64,000 nucleotides of DNA from Takakia lepidozioides. Taxonomy: Eukaryota > Plantae > Bryophyta. Of the stretch, positions 27,641 through 40,100 are shown piece after piece. How positions within the stretch are numbered: position 1 is the first letter of the stretch; each line of letters starts with the position of its first letter. The notes under the pieces were generated by a model. It worked only from the letters and a program-made list of their open reading frames with translations. It was not told the origin of the DNA and searched no databases. Location of the stretch: positions 23,002,001 to 23,066,000 of the forward strand of contig CM060731.1 in the NCBI GenBank assembly GCA_030704615.1, given 5' to 3'. A program made the position numbers and the translations under genes.

Positions 27641-29844
27641 ATGGCACTGCAGATCTTGCACGCAGGTCAAGCAAAGAGCAAAGAGCAACTCTGGCGGGAG
27701 TTCTTCTCAGATCCCTCACAGTGGTGGGACAACAGGCTTGATAAGGTGAGGCTACTTTCATATAGGACATGAAAGAGTTTATGAGGGAGGGCTTGTGACT
27801 AAAGCCACCATGGTGATGTTTTGTAACTGGTAGGTTGTTGGAGAATAGGTTATTGGAGGTTTTCCCTGTTACTCAAAAGAATCTTGCAGCTCTGGGGGCT
27901 GGAGCATGGTCTCCACCAGGCTGTGGTTGAAGCTATGGCTGCTGAGCTCCCTGCTGGTGGTTGTCACAGAGAAGTCCCCGGTCCCCAGATTTCAGACATA
28001 AACGCACAGACGAAGCCCTTTGGATTGACAGTTTGTCCAACCCTCATTGTGTTGAAGCAGCATTAGCTGCCTCGATAGCAAAATCTGTTGATGCTATGAC
28101 ACTATCTAAGGTGGGACAACAGAAAGAGGTGCTGCAAATTGTGAACAAACAAGGCATTTCAGCAGGCAGCAATACTTACATTTCTCTCTTGCGGGAATGC
28201 ATAAAAAATGAAAACCTTGAAATGGGACAGCAGGTGCATGCCCAGATCATGCAAAATGGGTTCAAGCCAAACATTTTTCTGCTCAACACCCTTCTTACCA
28301 TGTATGCCAAATGCGGAAACATGGTGACTACACGCCAAGTGTTTGACAAAATGCCTGAACGAGATGTGTTTACATGGACTATAATGATGGCAGAATATGA
28401 GAAACATGGGCATAGTAGGGAGGCATTCAAACTCTATCAGCAAATGATACGAGAAGGGATAACACCCGACAATGTTGCCTTCAGTTGCGTTCTTAAGGTG
28501 TGTGCTAGCCTAGGAGCTCTGGAAATGGGCAAAGAGGTGCATGGCGACATCATCAAAGCTGGAATCGTGACAGATATCATTCTGGAGACTGCCCTTGCTG
28601 TCATGTATGTCAAATGTGGGAACATGAAGGATGCACTGAAAGTGTTTGATGACATGGTTCAACGAGATGTGGTCTCATGGAATGCAATGATTGCAGGGTA
28701 TGCTCAGTATGGATGTGGTGAGAAGGCTTTTACGATGTATGAGCAAATGCTTCGAGAAGGGGTGATCCCAATTAAGGTCACATTTATTTGCGTCCTCAAT
28801 GCATGTGCCAGCTTAGGACACCTCAAAAAGGGCAAGCAGGTCCATGCTGACATGATCAAAGCAGGCATTGCACCAGACATCATGGTAGAGAATTCCCTTG
28901 TTAACATGTATAGCAAATGTGGGAGCATGAGCAATGCACATCAAGTGTTTGACAAAATGCCTAAACGAGATGTCGTCTCATGGAGTGCGATGATTGCAGG
29001 TTATGCTCAGCATGGTTATGGGACAGAGGCTTTCAAGGTTCATGAGGAAATGCTACAGGAAGGGGTGACACCCAACAGGATCACATTCATTTGTGTTCTC
29101 AATGCATGTACCTGCCTGACAGCCCTGGAAAAGGGCAAGGAGGTCCACGCTGACATCCTCAAAGCCGGACTTCTGCCATATATTAATTTGGAGAACACCC
29201 TTGTAAATATGTATGCTAAATGTGGGAGTGTGAAGGATGCACGTCAAGTTTTTGATAATATGGCTAAACGAAATGTAGTATCATGGAGTGCAATAATTGC
29301 AGGATATGTTCAGCATGGGTGTGGTAGAGAAGCTTTGCAACTATTTGAACAAATGCAAACAGAGGGCTTGAAGCCGAACGGAATCACCTTTATATGTGTT
29401 CTCTCTGCATGTACCCATGTGGGCCTAGTGGATGAAGGGCATCACTACTTCGATTCCATGAGTCGGGATCATGGCCTCACTCCTACAGTGAAGCATTTTG
29501 GCTGCATGGTGGACCTCCTCGGCCGTGCTGGGCATTTGAATGATGCAGAGGACTTAATTAACAAAATGCCAGTTGAACCAGATGTTCTGGTGTGGGGGAC
29601 TTTGCTTGGTGCCTGCAGAATGCATGATAATGTCGAAATAGGAGAACGTGCGGCGAAATGGCTTCTGACATATGACCCACAGCATGCTGCAGCTTATGTG
29701 CTGTTATCAAACATCTATGCTGCTGCTGGCAGGTGGGATGATACAGCAAAGGTGAGGAAAATGATGCAGGACAGAGCTGTCAGAAAGGAGGTAGGGCACA
29801 GCTGCATTGAGGAGGACAAACACGTTCATAGATATATATTGTGA
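27641..29844 (+). CDS. PLS-class PPR protein (E-truncated) with an N-terminal OSB-type PDF motif; possibly a young pseudogene
   Basis: The exon ending at 27745 (EQLWREFFSDPSQWWDNRLDK|gtgagg) splices in phase 0 to 27970 (cacag|RSPRSPDFRHKRTDEALWIDSLSNP). P-L-S repeats follow (VFDKMPERDVFTW..., MYAKCGSV..., HFGCMVDLLGRAG), then an E domain (WGTLLGACRMH, AAYVLLSNIYAAAGRW). The ORF stops just after the PG-box region. Confidence 0.85.
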
Positions 29845-30120
29845 ATGACAAATGGCATCCACCAATTGAGGACATCCACAATGAGCTGAAAGATTATCAG
29901 GGCAAATGGAGACGGCCATGTCCATGCCTGACACATGTTATATTGCACAATGTGGGGCAGCAGCTAAAGTAATTCTCTCTTTGAGAAGAATTCGGATTCA
30001 GCACTTCACCATGGAAAGTAGTTTATCAAGTTCAGGTTGCTGCGTGCACGTGTGTGGTGACTGCGACAGCCACCAAGTTCACCCCGAAACACAAGGCCAG
30101 GGAGATGTTAGCCAGAAACA
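29845..30120 (+). pseudogene. Decayed E+/DYW tail of the PDF-PPR gene
   Basis: Out-of-frame VNDKWHPPIEDIHNEL, LSGQMETA, VCGDC and TATKF remnants. The frameshift coincides with an AT run (AGATATATATTGTGA). Confidence 0.75.
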
Positions 30121-30739
30121 GCCTGCATCATCAATCCTTACAATCCGTGTCCTATCCATAGCTATTGAGCCAAACAGGTGCATTCTCATGATGCCTTAAC
30201 CAAGTGTGTAGGAAGTGCATTTCCTCATAGATGAGTGGGTGGTAAACACACCAGTATCATGTTTCAGTCATTAGGATGATCTGGAAGGTACCTACCTTCG
30301 GCACTAGACTGGAATTTAAACTGAGGGCGGGCAGGCTACCTTTGAACAGTAAACAGATGCAGTGAGGAAACAGGGAATAATACTCTACTAATGAGCCCAG
30401 ACCTGAACTGTAAAACCGTTGGAGAACTTTCAAGGACTTGTATAATCGAGGCAAAGGATTGGCAAAGCAATGAGCACCAGAGGATTGGTGTGAAAAAATT
30501 TGTGTTGGTCAAACCAATTCAGGTCAGGTCAACAATTTCAAAGACAGGCCACTGCTTCTGATTCTCTCGAATGAAATATCTGCAGCATCTGCAGCATCGC
30601 CGCAACTGTAAATCCCAGCCTGTATTTCATGGTGTTTGACTGGCAACTCCACCAATATGGATAGTATTTGGTGAAAGTTGTGGAGGTGATTATGCTACAT
30701 GTTTGTCGTGAAAGAGTTCCTTTCGGTGTGATCCTATAT

Positions 30740-31260
30740 CAATTCATTGCCTGTGTGCTTCATCCACCCAAAGACAATTCAGAGTAAATCCAGCTGAGTT
30801 GATGTCAGCACAGACCTTTCCAGGCATTCCAGGCTTGCATGGCATGAAGAATGCAAATCTATGATCATGGCACTCCATGAAACTACATCTTGTTGAGCCA
30901 TATTCTCCAGCACTTGCTGGGAGGATCCTCCATCTTCCCACATTTCGCATGCAAGGGCAGTCGCCAAAATGAATCGCAGCTTTGACAATGTCAGCATGGA
31001 CCTCTTTTGGCATTGAGAATACAAGTGAATGTAGCATCATTGGGTGTCACCCCTTCCTCTAGTTACGTATTCACTCATATTCCCCTCCACGTACCATATT
31101 GTAAAACACTTGACGTGCATCCCTTACTCTCCCACATTTGGCTTACATGGACTCAAGCGAGGACTCCAGAACAATATTGTGCAATTCCAGCTTTGACGAT
31201 GTCAGCATGGACCTCTTCAGGCATCCTAGCCTTAAAAAGGGAAATGAATGTGACTTGTTA
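30740..31260 (-). pseudogene. Degenerate PLS PPR relic
   Basis: KEVHADIVKA (twice), QDVVSWSAMI and GVTPND remnants in different frames. Confidence 0.75.
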
Positions 31261-31697
31261 GGGTTCTTCCTTCCTGGTATGGATGCCAGACCTAGAAATT
31301 CAAATTTGAACTGGCCTCGATTTCCCCCCAGATTCGTCTCTCCTCTCTCTTCACCCTCTTATTACTTAGCCTGATCGCTTTCCTTTTGCATAGCCATTTT
31401 TAGTTCGGAGTCGTAGTCCTTCCATCTAGTGTTCGTGTCCTGGGGGTGAGGTGTTCTACTGTATGTTTCTCTTCCTTTATTCTGTCTGTCTTCCCTTTGT
31501 TGGAGAGATTGCTTACCCATTGCATCTGTGGTAGTTGGATCAGCGTTGATGTAGTGCTTCTGTCTGTGGGTCGTCAGTGTGTGGTAGGTATCTTTCTTCC
31601 GAGATCAGTTGTAGTGTCCAAGACGCTAAGCTAGAAAAGCTTCGGCTGAATCTCGACTTTTCCATTTATCCACAGATCCGGAGTTCTCATCTGCGCA

Positions 31698-33907
31698 ATG
31701 GACTACCATAGTCTCAAACGTGTGGAGCTTCAGGCGCTATGTAAGCAGCACAAGATCCCCGCCAATAAAACCAACGTCTTCATGGCCGACGGTCTTACAT
31801 CCCTCCTTGGTGTAAGTATCTTGCAAAGGATCTGAGTATGTCTCTCTCTCTCTCTCAAAAAGGTACTGTATCAAGCTATATCCATCTGACGGTTTGCTTC
31901 TGCTTTCTCTGCTTCTCAGGATGCAGTCAAGGCCCCAGAGTTGGAGCCCGTTGTCATGGCGGCTGACACCTTAGACGCAGGTGCCATTCCAGAACCGAAA
32001 CGTAACAGAAACTTATCAGAAACGCAATTTGGTTTCCTTCAGTTAGCCGGGTTCAGATAATTGAGGAAGGATACCCTTAGAAATTACCTCTACTTTCAGC
32101 GAAACAAGTGTCAAGTATGTACATATAGACCTCGATTTGTTGCACAGGCTTGTGCTGATGCATGGGTGGTTTTGGCAGAAGCGGTTGTGGCACATGAGCC
32201 TGTTGTCAAAAAATCATCGAGAGCGCCGCGTGCTCAGAAGGTAGCAAGGCCTGACGATGCTGCTTCCTTCAGCTACTCCAGACTTTCTTCAAATCGGGAA
32301 CACATGCCTGTGGTTGTTGGGAGTGTAGTCGGCCACGAATCTGAGATGCCCAAGGGGAAGGTAACAAAGAAAATGGGGAGTGGCAAGCAGGGAGCTACTG
32401 GAAAAGACAAACAGACGAAGCCCAAGCTTCAGTCTGAGAAACAGAGAGGCTCAGCCCCCTTGCAAGCTAGCCCTCACATCGATGTTTCCTGTGAGGTGGA
32501 TGTCGAGGAGGAGCCAAGAGATGAAAAATCCTCTAGAGGTGATGAACACGTGCCTGAGGTTGTTGGGAGTGTGGTCGACCACGAGTCTGAGATGCCCAAG
32601 GGGAAGGTAACAAAGAAAATGGGGAGTGGCAAGCAGGGAGCTACTGGAAAAGACAAACAGACGAAGCCCAAGCTTCAGTCTGAGAAACAGAGAGGCTCAG
32701 CCCCCTTGCAAGCTAGCCCTCAGATCGATGTTTACTGTGAGGTGGATGTTGAGGAGGAGGCAAGAGATGAAAAATCCTCTAGAGGTGATGAACATATGCC
32801 TGTGGTTGTTGGGAGTGTAGTTGGCCACGAGTCTGAGATGCCCAAGGGAAAGGTAACAAAGAAAGTGGGGAGTGGCAAGAAGGAAGCTACTGGTAAAGAC
32901 AAACAGATGAAGCCCAAGCTTCAGTCTGAGAAACAGAGAGGCTCAGCCCCCTTGCAAGCTAGCCCTCAGATTGATGTTTACTGTGAGGTGGATGTTGAGG
33001 AGGCAAGAGATGAAAAATCCTCTAGAGGTGATGAACATATGCCTGTGGTTGTTGGGAGTGTAGTTGGCCACGAGTCTGAGATGCCCAAGGGAAAGGTGAT
33101 AAAGAAAGTGGGAAGTGGCAAGAAGGAAGCTACTGGTAAAGACAAACAGTCAAAGCCCAAGCTTCAGTCTGAGAAACAGAGAGGCTCAGCCCCCTTGCAA
33201 GCTAGCCCTCAGATCCATGTTTACTGTGAGTTGGATGTCGAGGAGGAGGCAAGAGATGTAAAATCCTCTAGCACTAAGGGTTCTGATGATGAGTTTGTTA
33301 CTGTGCCCTTATCCCCTCTGAAGGTTGAAGTCACTGACAATCATCCTGGAAGCAGCCCGGTTGCATTGAATGGTGCTGCTGGCAGATCTAGGAGGGGACC
33401 CAGGCAAAAGAAAATTTCTGAGATTGTTGAAGTCATGTGTGACAAGGAAAATCCAGTGATGCAGAGTGAAGTGCTCCCCAAGAGCATGAGAAAGCTGAAA
33501 AAAGCATACAAAGACAAGTTGAGCAAAAAGACTGGGAAGGCCAAGGCTGATAATTGTAACTCAATTGTTCCGGTAGGTTGAACTTCCTCATCTGTTCTAT
33601 TGTAGATAGATAGAATGTTCTGACATGCTTCTGCTTGCCTTCATTGCATTTTTCCTGTATGGACTTCCAGAGTATGTAGTCTGTGCTTCTCTTTTGGTAA
33701 TGGAAGATCCTTTCCTGCATCACTGATGTGTCCACCGTTTATGTTTCTTGTAATTTTCTGCTCTGCAATTTGGATGGATATTGGATATTGTTGTTTCTAT
33801 CTTTGATAGTACATATTTGAAGTAATCCAACTTGGTTGTTGTAGCAGGAAAGCAGGGGTTCAGCCTTGAAGGATATTTCACTCAATATGTTGCCCCAGTT
33901 CAGGTGA
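31698..33907 (+). CDS. Plant SAP-like-motif protein with KEN box and internal 82-aa repeats, function unknown
   Basis: Exon 1 is 31698-31811 (MDYHSLKRVELQALCKQHKIPANKTNVFMADGLTSLLG|gtaagt). Exon 2 is 31920-31980. Exon 3 runs 32179 to about 33573 and includes DKEN and SMRKLKKAYK. A probable last exon at about 33847-33907 gives ESRGSALKDISLN. Confidence 0.75.
32298..33272 (+). repeat. Coding tandem repeat, 4 x 243-246 bp (81-82 aa)
   Basis: Units start at 32298, 32544, 32790 and 33033 (EHMPVVVGSVVGHESEMPKGKVTKK...). They are nearly identical and stay in frame. Confidence 0.95.
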
Positions 33908-34473
33908 TCTGCTCCAATTTTTAAAACAAGGTACCCAGTCTTACCTTTGCTTCCTAGGTTTTCTCCATTTGCCGCTGTGCCTATGATGAGTGCTTACTGC
34001 AGGTTAGCTTCACAGACGCGATAGTCTCTTTCTGATGTTCAATCTATCTGCTCTGAAAGAGAAACATTTTCACTGCTATATGTTCTATTATATCCTGGTA
34101 GTATTCAAATATTTGATATTTTATTGCAGATGAGAATCTGAAGTCACCAAGGCACATGGACATCACCTATCTCCTGCAAGAGCTCTCTAGGCTTCTCTAG
34201 GCTTCAGAGTTTAATCTTAAGTTGTTTCTGGATGGGTGACATTGTCCCTGTAGGCTGTTCAAAAGTAATTGAACAGCTGGACTGCTGTCTGTGCTCTGCA
34301 CACTTTGCTTGGTCAAGGTGCTTCCTGACCTGCGGTTTTGGTAATGAAATTGGTCCGGATAATACATTATGATAAATTTTCTATTTTTGATTAGATATAG
34401 GTACCCTCAGGGTAAGGTATAAATACCTCTTGTTTCCACTAATTAATGTATTCCAACTGTATTTACCCTTGGC

Positions 34474-37400
34474 TTTTTCTTTTTTTCTTTTTTTCTTTTT
34501 TTTTTGGGAAGAGGGGCGGAGGCCTCAGAATTTTATAAATAAAGGACATGAAAGTCCGAAAAATACAATAGGGCGAAAAAACGGCGATGAACTTACATAA
34601 CAGAAAGAGTTCACTACGAGAGAACCAAGAGGAAAAAATAACCTCTTTCAAAGGTGTCATGGAGGCTGATCCAGGAAAGTTTTGCTTCGTGACCAACAAA
34701 CCAAAGAGGGGGAAAGAAAGCTAACAGAAGGATCGCCCCACTAGAAGAGTCTCAGAAATGATAAGCCACTAAGAAAGGCTAGCCCTTCAAGCAGTGGAAC
34801 CGTAGATTAAAACTAGCGTAGAAGTGAAGAAGCCACTGGTTGCAGTGGCAGAGAGGTGGTAATGCTAGGGCAGAATGGAGAGTAATATAACTAGCTTGCT
34901 GCATCAATAGCTCCCGTGTTTCCTTTTTTAAGAAACGAAAGAGAGGTGAGTCCTAGAATTGGTGGATTGAAGAGAATGGTGGTGCCTCCAATTTGTTTCT
35001 GAATCGTCTTTCTCAGCAGGTGAAGGTTGGGAGCTAAAGGAACTCCCAACTTGGAGGGATGGAGTCCTTCCAGCAAATTCCAGTCCCTGTTGAATCTCTA
35101 GAGCAGATGGTGGCTCCTTTCCCCCAAGTTTTGTCAAATTTGGTCAGTAGTTGAGTCCCTTTTCTGCCATCACATCTGCGAAGAGCTATTCCCAACACCC
35201 GCCACAACTTACGGGCCTCAGACAATAGGTCTGAGTGAACCAGACAAAGAATCACTCTTACATTACAAGGCCTCCCAGCAAAGATATTGGCACATCTGGC
35301 TTTCCAGATTTGCCATAAGGTATGGGCTCTGATTGTGGCCCAAACAGGGCAATCTGCCCACAATTTACCCTGCGAGAAATTTAAAAGCAGAATTGAAGGG
35401 CAAGGCATTGGAAGTTGTTTCCATTGGTTATAGAAAGCCAAGACCTGCACCCAAACAGCAGCAGCAAGAGGGCATTCAAACAGACAGTGCTCTAATGATT
35501 CCGAAGCCTGCAGCCCACAAGAAGCACATAACATGGAGCCATCCGAGATGTGAGCTTTGACAAGAACGATTCTATTGACCAATTTCCATAAGAAACCAGT
35601 GATTTTAGAAGCCTTGTCCTTCCTCCAGACGTCACCCCAGATACAAGACCAAACAGAGGGACAATCAGAAATGTGAGACCATTTCAAGGTCCATTTGGCA
35701 TCCAGATAGGAGGTTTTTTTGAGAAGGGAAGACCCCAGCTTTACCAAATATTTAAAAAAGGGGGTGCTCTTTCTATCATCCCAATTCCATTCGCCTGGAT
35801 CGAATTGAAGGGGTGAAATTGGAGCTTGAAGGAACCATACAAGGAAGGGGTTTGTATGTCTACCCTGATCCAGCGAAGGATTTACCTCCCCCGTCGCCAT
35901 GCAAATTACACGGATGGCATAGCATTTGATCTCTTGAAGTTCACACAGAAGAGGGAAGGTTAGGGCACCCGAATCCTTAACCTGGAAACTCCATCCTTGG
36001 AAAAGGTTTCCTTCCCTGGAGGTTGCATAGAGGGCAAGCAGAATGATCCAGGGGCAGAGAGGTTGCAGTCGAACAACCGAGGAACCCATTTAGCTAGAAG
36101 AGCACAAATCTGAGTCTCCGGGTCCAAGATGCCGAGGCCTCCATTCTTCTTTTTTAGGGTGATTTGTGCCCAACTGACTAACGCTCGTCTGTTAGGTCTA
36201 TCAGGAGACGCACCCCAAATGAAGTTGCGAATTAGAGCCTTAATCTTCTTGATAATGACAGGTCCAGGGGACCAGACTGCTGAACCGAACCAATTGGAGG
36301 CTTGAAGGATCTGGTTTGCCACTAACGCTCTTCCCACAATAGAGAGGTAAAGTGAGCTCCAATAGGCTAGCTTTCTTTTTAGCTTTGCAAGCATAGGCTC
36401 ACATCTTTGGAGATCAATCAGCCCATGCCCAATCTGATGTCCTACATGCGATTCTCCATCTTGTAACCAGCGAAGATTGTCCGATTGACCCCAAGGCATG
36501 CAATGGGAGGCAGCAGAACCATCAGATAGCTTTGAAAGGATCCCAACGGATTTACCCCAATTTACTTTAAGCCCAAAGGCCTCGCAAAAAGTGGATAGTG
36601 AGTCCAAGGTGCGAGAAACATTATCAGATGAGCTGTTGTTAATGAGAAGAACTGTATCATCAGTATACATCGAGTTTTTGATACTGTAAGCAGGAGAGGG
36701 GGGATGAGGCACCCTGAGGCCTAGAATATCTTTGTGAGCCTGCAATAGATGACCCAAACCGTCAGCTGCAATTAGGAAGAGAAAATGTGAAAGTAGGCAA
36801 CCTTGCCTTACAGAACAAAAAAGTTGGAAAGGCTTGGAAAGAGCCTCATTTACCATGATCTTACTGCTGGCAGAGGTGAGCAGGATTTTAATCCATAGGA
36901 GAAAATCTCCTGAAATCCCACATTTTTCGATAGCGGAGAAGAGGTAGTCCCAACCAATGTTGTCAAAAGCTTTTTCAAAATCCAGCATGAGAAGCGCTAA
37001 AGGTTGGTTTGAGAGCTCAGCATTGTGAAGGGCCTCATTGACCAGCAGAAATATTGTCGAGGATCATTCTCTCCGGTCTAATGAGCTTGTTCATCAGAGG
37101 TTGAAGGCGATTGGAGAGGGCTCTAGCAATTACCTTGTAGACCGAAATCAGGAGAGTGATGGGTCTATAGTTTTGATGTCTTCCCTATGGCCTTTCTTAA
37201 AAATGAGGGTAATGACCCCCTGAGAGAGCTGGGAAGGCATAATGCCTTTCCTGAGGATGTCATGTGTCATGGCCACAAAGTCGCCGCTAATCTCCTGCCA
37301 AAGAACTTTGAAGAATTCAACTGGTAGGCCATCCAATCTCGGCGATTTCAAAGAGCTGAGGTTATCCAGCGCATCTACTAGCTCTGAAGCAGTGAAAGGA

Positions 37401-37790
37401 GCTGACAGGGAGAGCAAGTCCTCGGTTGAGACCATCGAAGGAATTGAGTCCAGGACAACTTGCTTGGAATCCGAGCGCTGCACATTAGGAACAGGCTTGC
37501 TAAACAAGGCTGAGAAGTAGGAGGCCGCAAAAGAGGTCATAGCCTTAGGCTCAGTATGAGTTTCACCCACCAAACCAGAGAAGGAGTTGATCGTAGTTGC
37601 ATCCCTTTGTTGCTTAGCCTTCAAGAAGAAGTATTGCGACATCTTTTCTCCCTTTAGCGACCAATTGATACCTGCTTTACTACGAAGAGAATCCTCCTTG
37701 AGTCTGAGCAGGTCAGCTAAATTACGCTTTGTCAGGTTAAAAAAAGACATAGTCTGAGGGCCCATCCAATTAGATTCTATGACGTGTTGA
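34474..37790 (-). mobile_element. 5'-truncated, frameshifted L1-clade LINE (ORF2 RT + zf-RVT) with A-rich tail
   Basis: KSPRLDGLPVEFFK, LDFEKAFDNIGW, SVRQGCLLS, MYTDDT, GLKVNWGKS, GGLGILD and CASC...ESLEHCLFEC. Poly(T) on the plus strand at about 34474-34506. Confidence 0.93.
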
Positions 37791-39843
37791 CATTGGGCAA
37801 GACATTGGGCTTTTTGTATGATGGATAGGTTGAAATCCAGGATATAATTAAACTATACACCCTGTATAATACCCTTGGATAAATGACACATTCACAAGGG
37901 GTATATAACAGATGTTAGCCCTAATGCACAGCCAGGGTGCTATGCAGTCATGAATTTCCCATGTCCCTGTGCATATAGGTTAAATATACCTTTGCTTACC
38001 ATACACCCTCACGTTAGTTTTTATACCCACCATAGGGTAGGGTTCATCTATCAACTATCAACTACATCACCCATGGCTGAATAAAACAAAACAATATTTG
38101 AGCTTCAAAATCCACCTTCACATCGTCTTTCAGTTGGGCTGTACTGCATGGCTCAATAAATTATAATAAATTCTTGAGGGTGATGCTGACAGAGCTCAAT
38201 AAATCAAAAGATCCCCTTGAGGGTGATATTGCGTTTGAACGTAAAATACAGCAGACATTCACCTCATTCGAACTTAATCACCCAATCAAGCTTTGTTGGA
38301 GCAAGGTACCTGCATTGTTGCAAATATAGAGGGAAACATCCGTCCATGATTGCAATCCGCCAAAGATTAATAAATGACTAGTTTGGGTTGAGCAAATTCG
38401 GAATCATTTTAGCGGCATTGGCTTCATTTGCAATTGTATCATCTGTAAAAGCGTATGGACCAAAGTTTGTTAGGGCAAGTGCAACTGGAGGAATTATCCT
38501 AAGCAGCAATGGAACTTATACTTTTGTAGTGTAATGACTCCATATTTGGTGTTGAACCAAGACGTCTACCTGGGGTGGGGAAGACTGGAACATGGGGAAA
38601 AGGAAGGTTGTATCCTAGCTCTCTTTGCTTGTGGATAGATGCATGTCGTCCATGAATTGGGCAACATCTTATGGAACAATGGTGTGACAACAGCCGTGAC
38701 CAACTTTGCACTTTCTTTCTGCACGAAGATGACAACATCATTATTGTGATCCATGATTGTACATGCGGCAGTTGACAATGTGATTGCTTGGCAAATTGGC
38801 CTTGCACCCCTCTCTCATATGTGCAATTGTCACTACATCAAGATTATGTGGATCTAAATATATAAGCGTATCAAGACTAATATTGTAATGCTCAACAAGC
38901 TGAAATCATGCTCTACACATGCAACACCTGCTTGGTTACTACTCAATAGCTCTTCTTGAACTCTTCAAACCCTACAATACAAAAGCTTTGCTTTCAAACT
39001 CTTTAATTTTACTATGGGGCTCTCTTTGAAGGCCTCCACCCGTGCATAAACAGAACCACAAGACTTTCTACCAAGCTCTCTTCAACACATAAGTGTTAAA
39101 CTAATGCTAACACCTTGCACATATAGATGTAAACATGTCTACTTGTAATAATAAATAATGGAAATAGTGACAAAAGCGGAATACAATGGAAAACCTTCAA
39201 GCATGAAACCACCACATGCTAAGGAGCAAACCCAACTCTTCCAAGTATAAACCCACTTTATCACTCAATATAAGTCAAGCCAATGGCACATTTGCGAAAA
39301 GAATCCACCATATAGTCTTCACATACACTACTGCCCAAGAACTAGAGCTATGGTGGTGAGAGAGGCCTCGTGAGGCTCGACTAGAAGAACGCAACCATTC
39401 ATGGGCCTCACGTGGAGATAACCCTCTCCACGTTCGAAGTAAGATTTGTCACCTTACTTGGCACATGGAACCAAATGAAATCCCAATGCCAACAAAATAC
39501 AAATATAAATGTATAATGTTGTAGCTAAAAATAACTATTTATAGTCAACCATGATTAAAACCACGACAAATCTGTTATGCTCCTTAAAACATTCATTACT
39601 TGCTTCTGGTATGACTCCATTGTTATGGTCATCCTCAGGCAATGAGTTATACTCAGTTTTACTCTCTCGCCTATCTTTAGGGGGTTGGTTGAGCATGCTC
39701 ACGTGAGCACGGCGTGAGCACAACCCACGGTCATGGGGGTTGTATGTTTTTAAACAGCAGTCATAGAAATTACATGTGTTGAAGCATGGTGCATTTATAG
39801 GGTGCAGTTGCACCAAAACGATAAACTATCTGATCTATTTTTC

Positions 39844-40100
39844 AATTTCGCATTGAGAAATTAAAATGAAGTAGTAGTTTCGGGAGTGAGAGTTTTAATT
39901 TTGCTCTGAGAAATTAAAATGAAGTAGTAGTTTCGGGAGTGAAAGTTTTAATTTCGCAAAGAAAATAAAATGTAGTAGTTTCGGGAGTGAGAGTTTTAAT
40001 TTTGCTCTGAGAAATTAAAATGAAGTAGTAGTTTCGGGAGTGAAAGTTTTAATTTCTCACTGAGAAAATAAAATGAAGTGGCAGTTTCGGGAGTGAGAGT
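39844..40100. repeat. 53-bp minisatellite, left part (about 5 units)
   Basis: Unit approximately AATTTCGCACTGAGAAATTAAAATKAAGTAGTAGTTTCGGGAGTGAGAGTTTT. Confidence 0.9.

Noticed and set aside
37800-39800. Possible decayed DNA-transposon ORF, and a TSD for the L1 element (TACCCTTGG at about 34464 and 37870)
   Set aside because: No diagnostic motifs, and the L1 5' boundary is too uncertain to accept the TSD.
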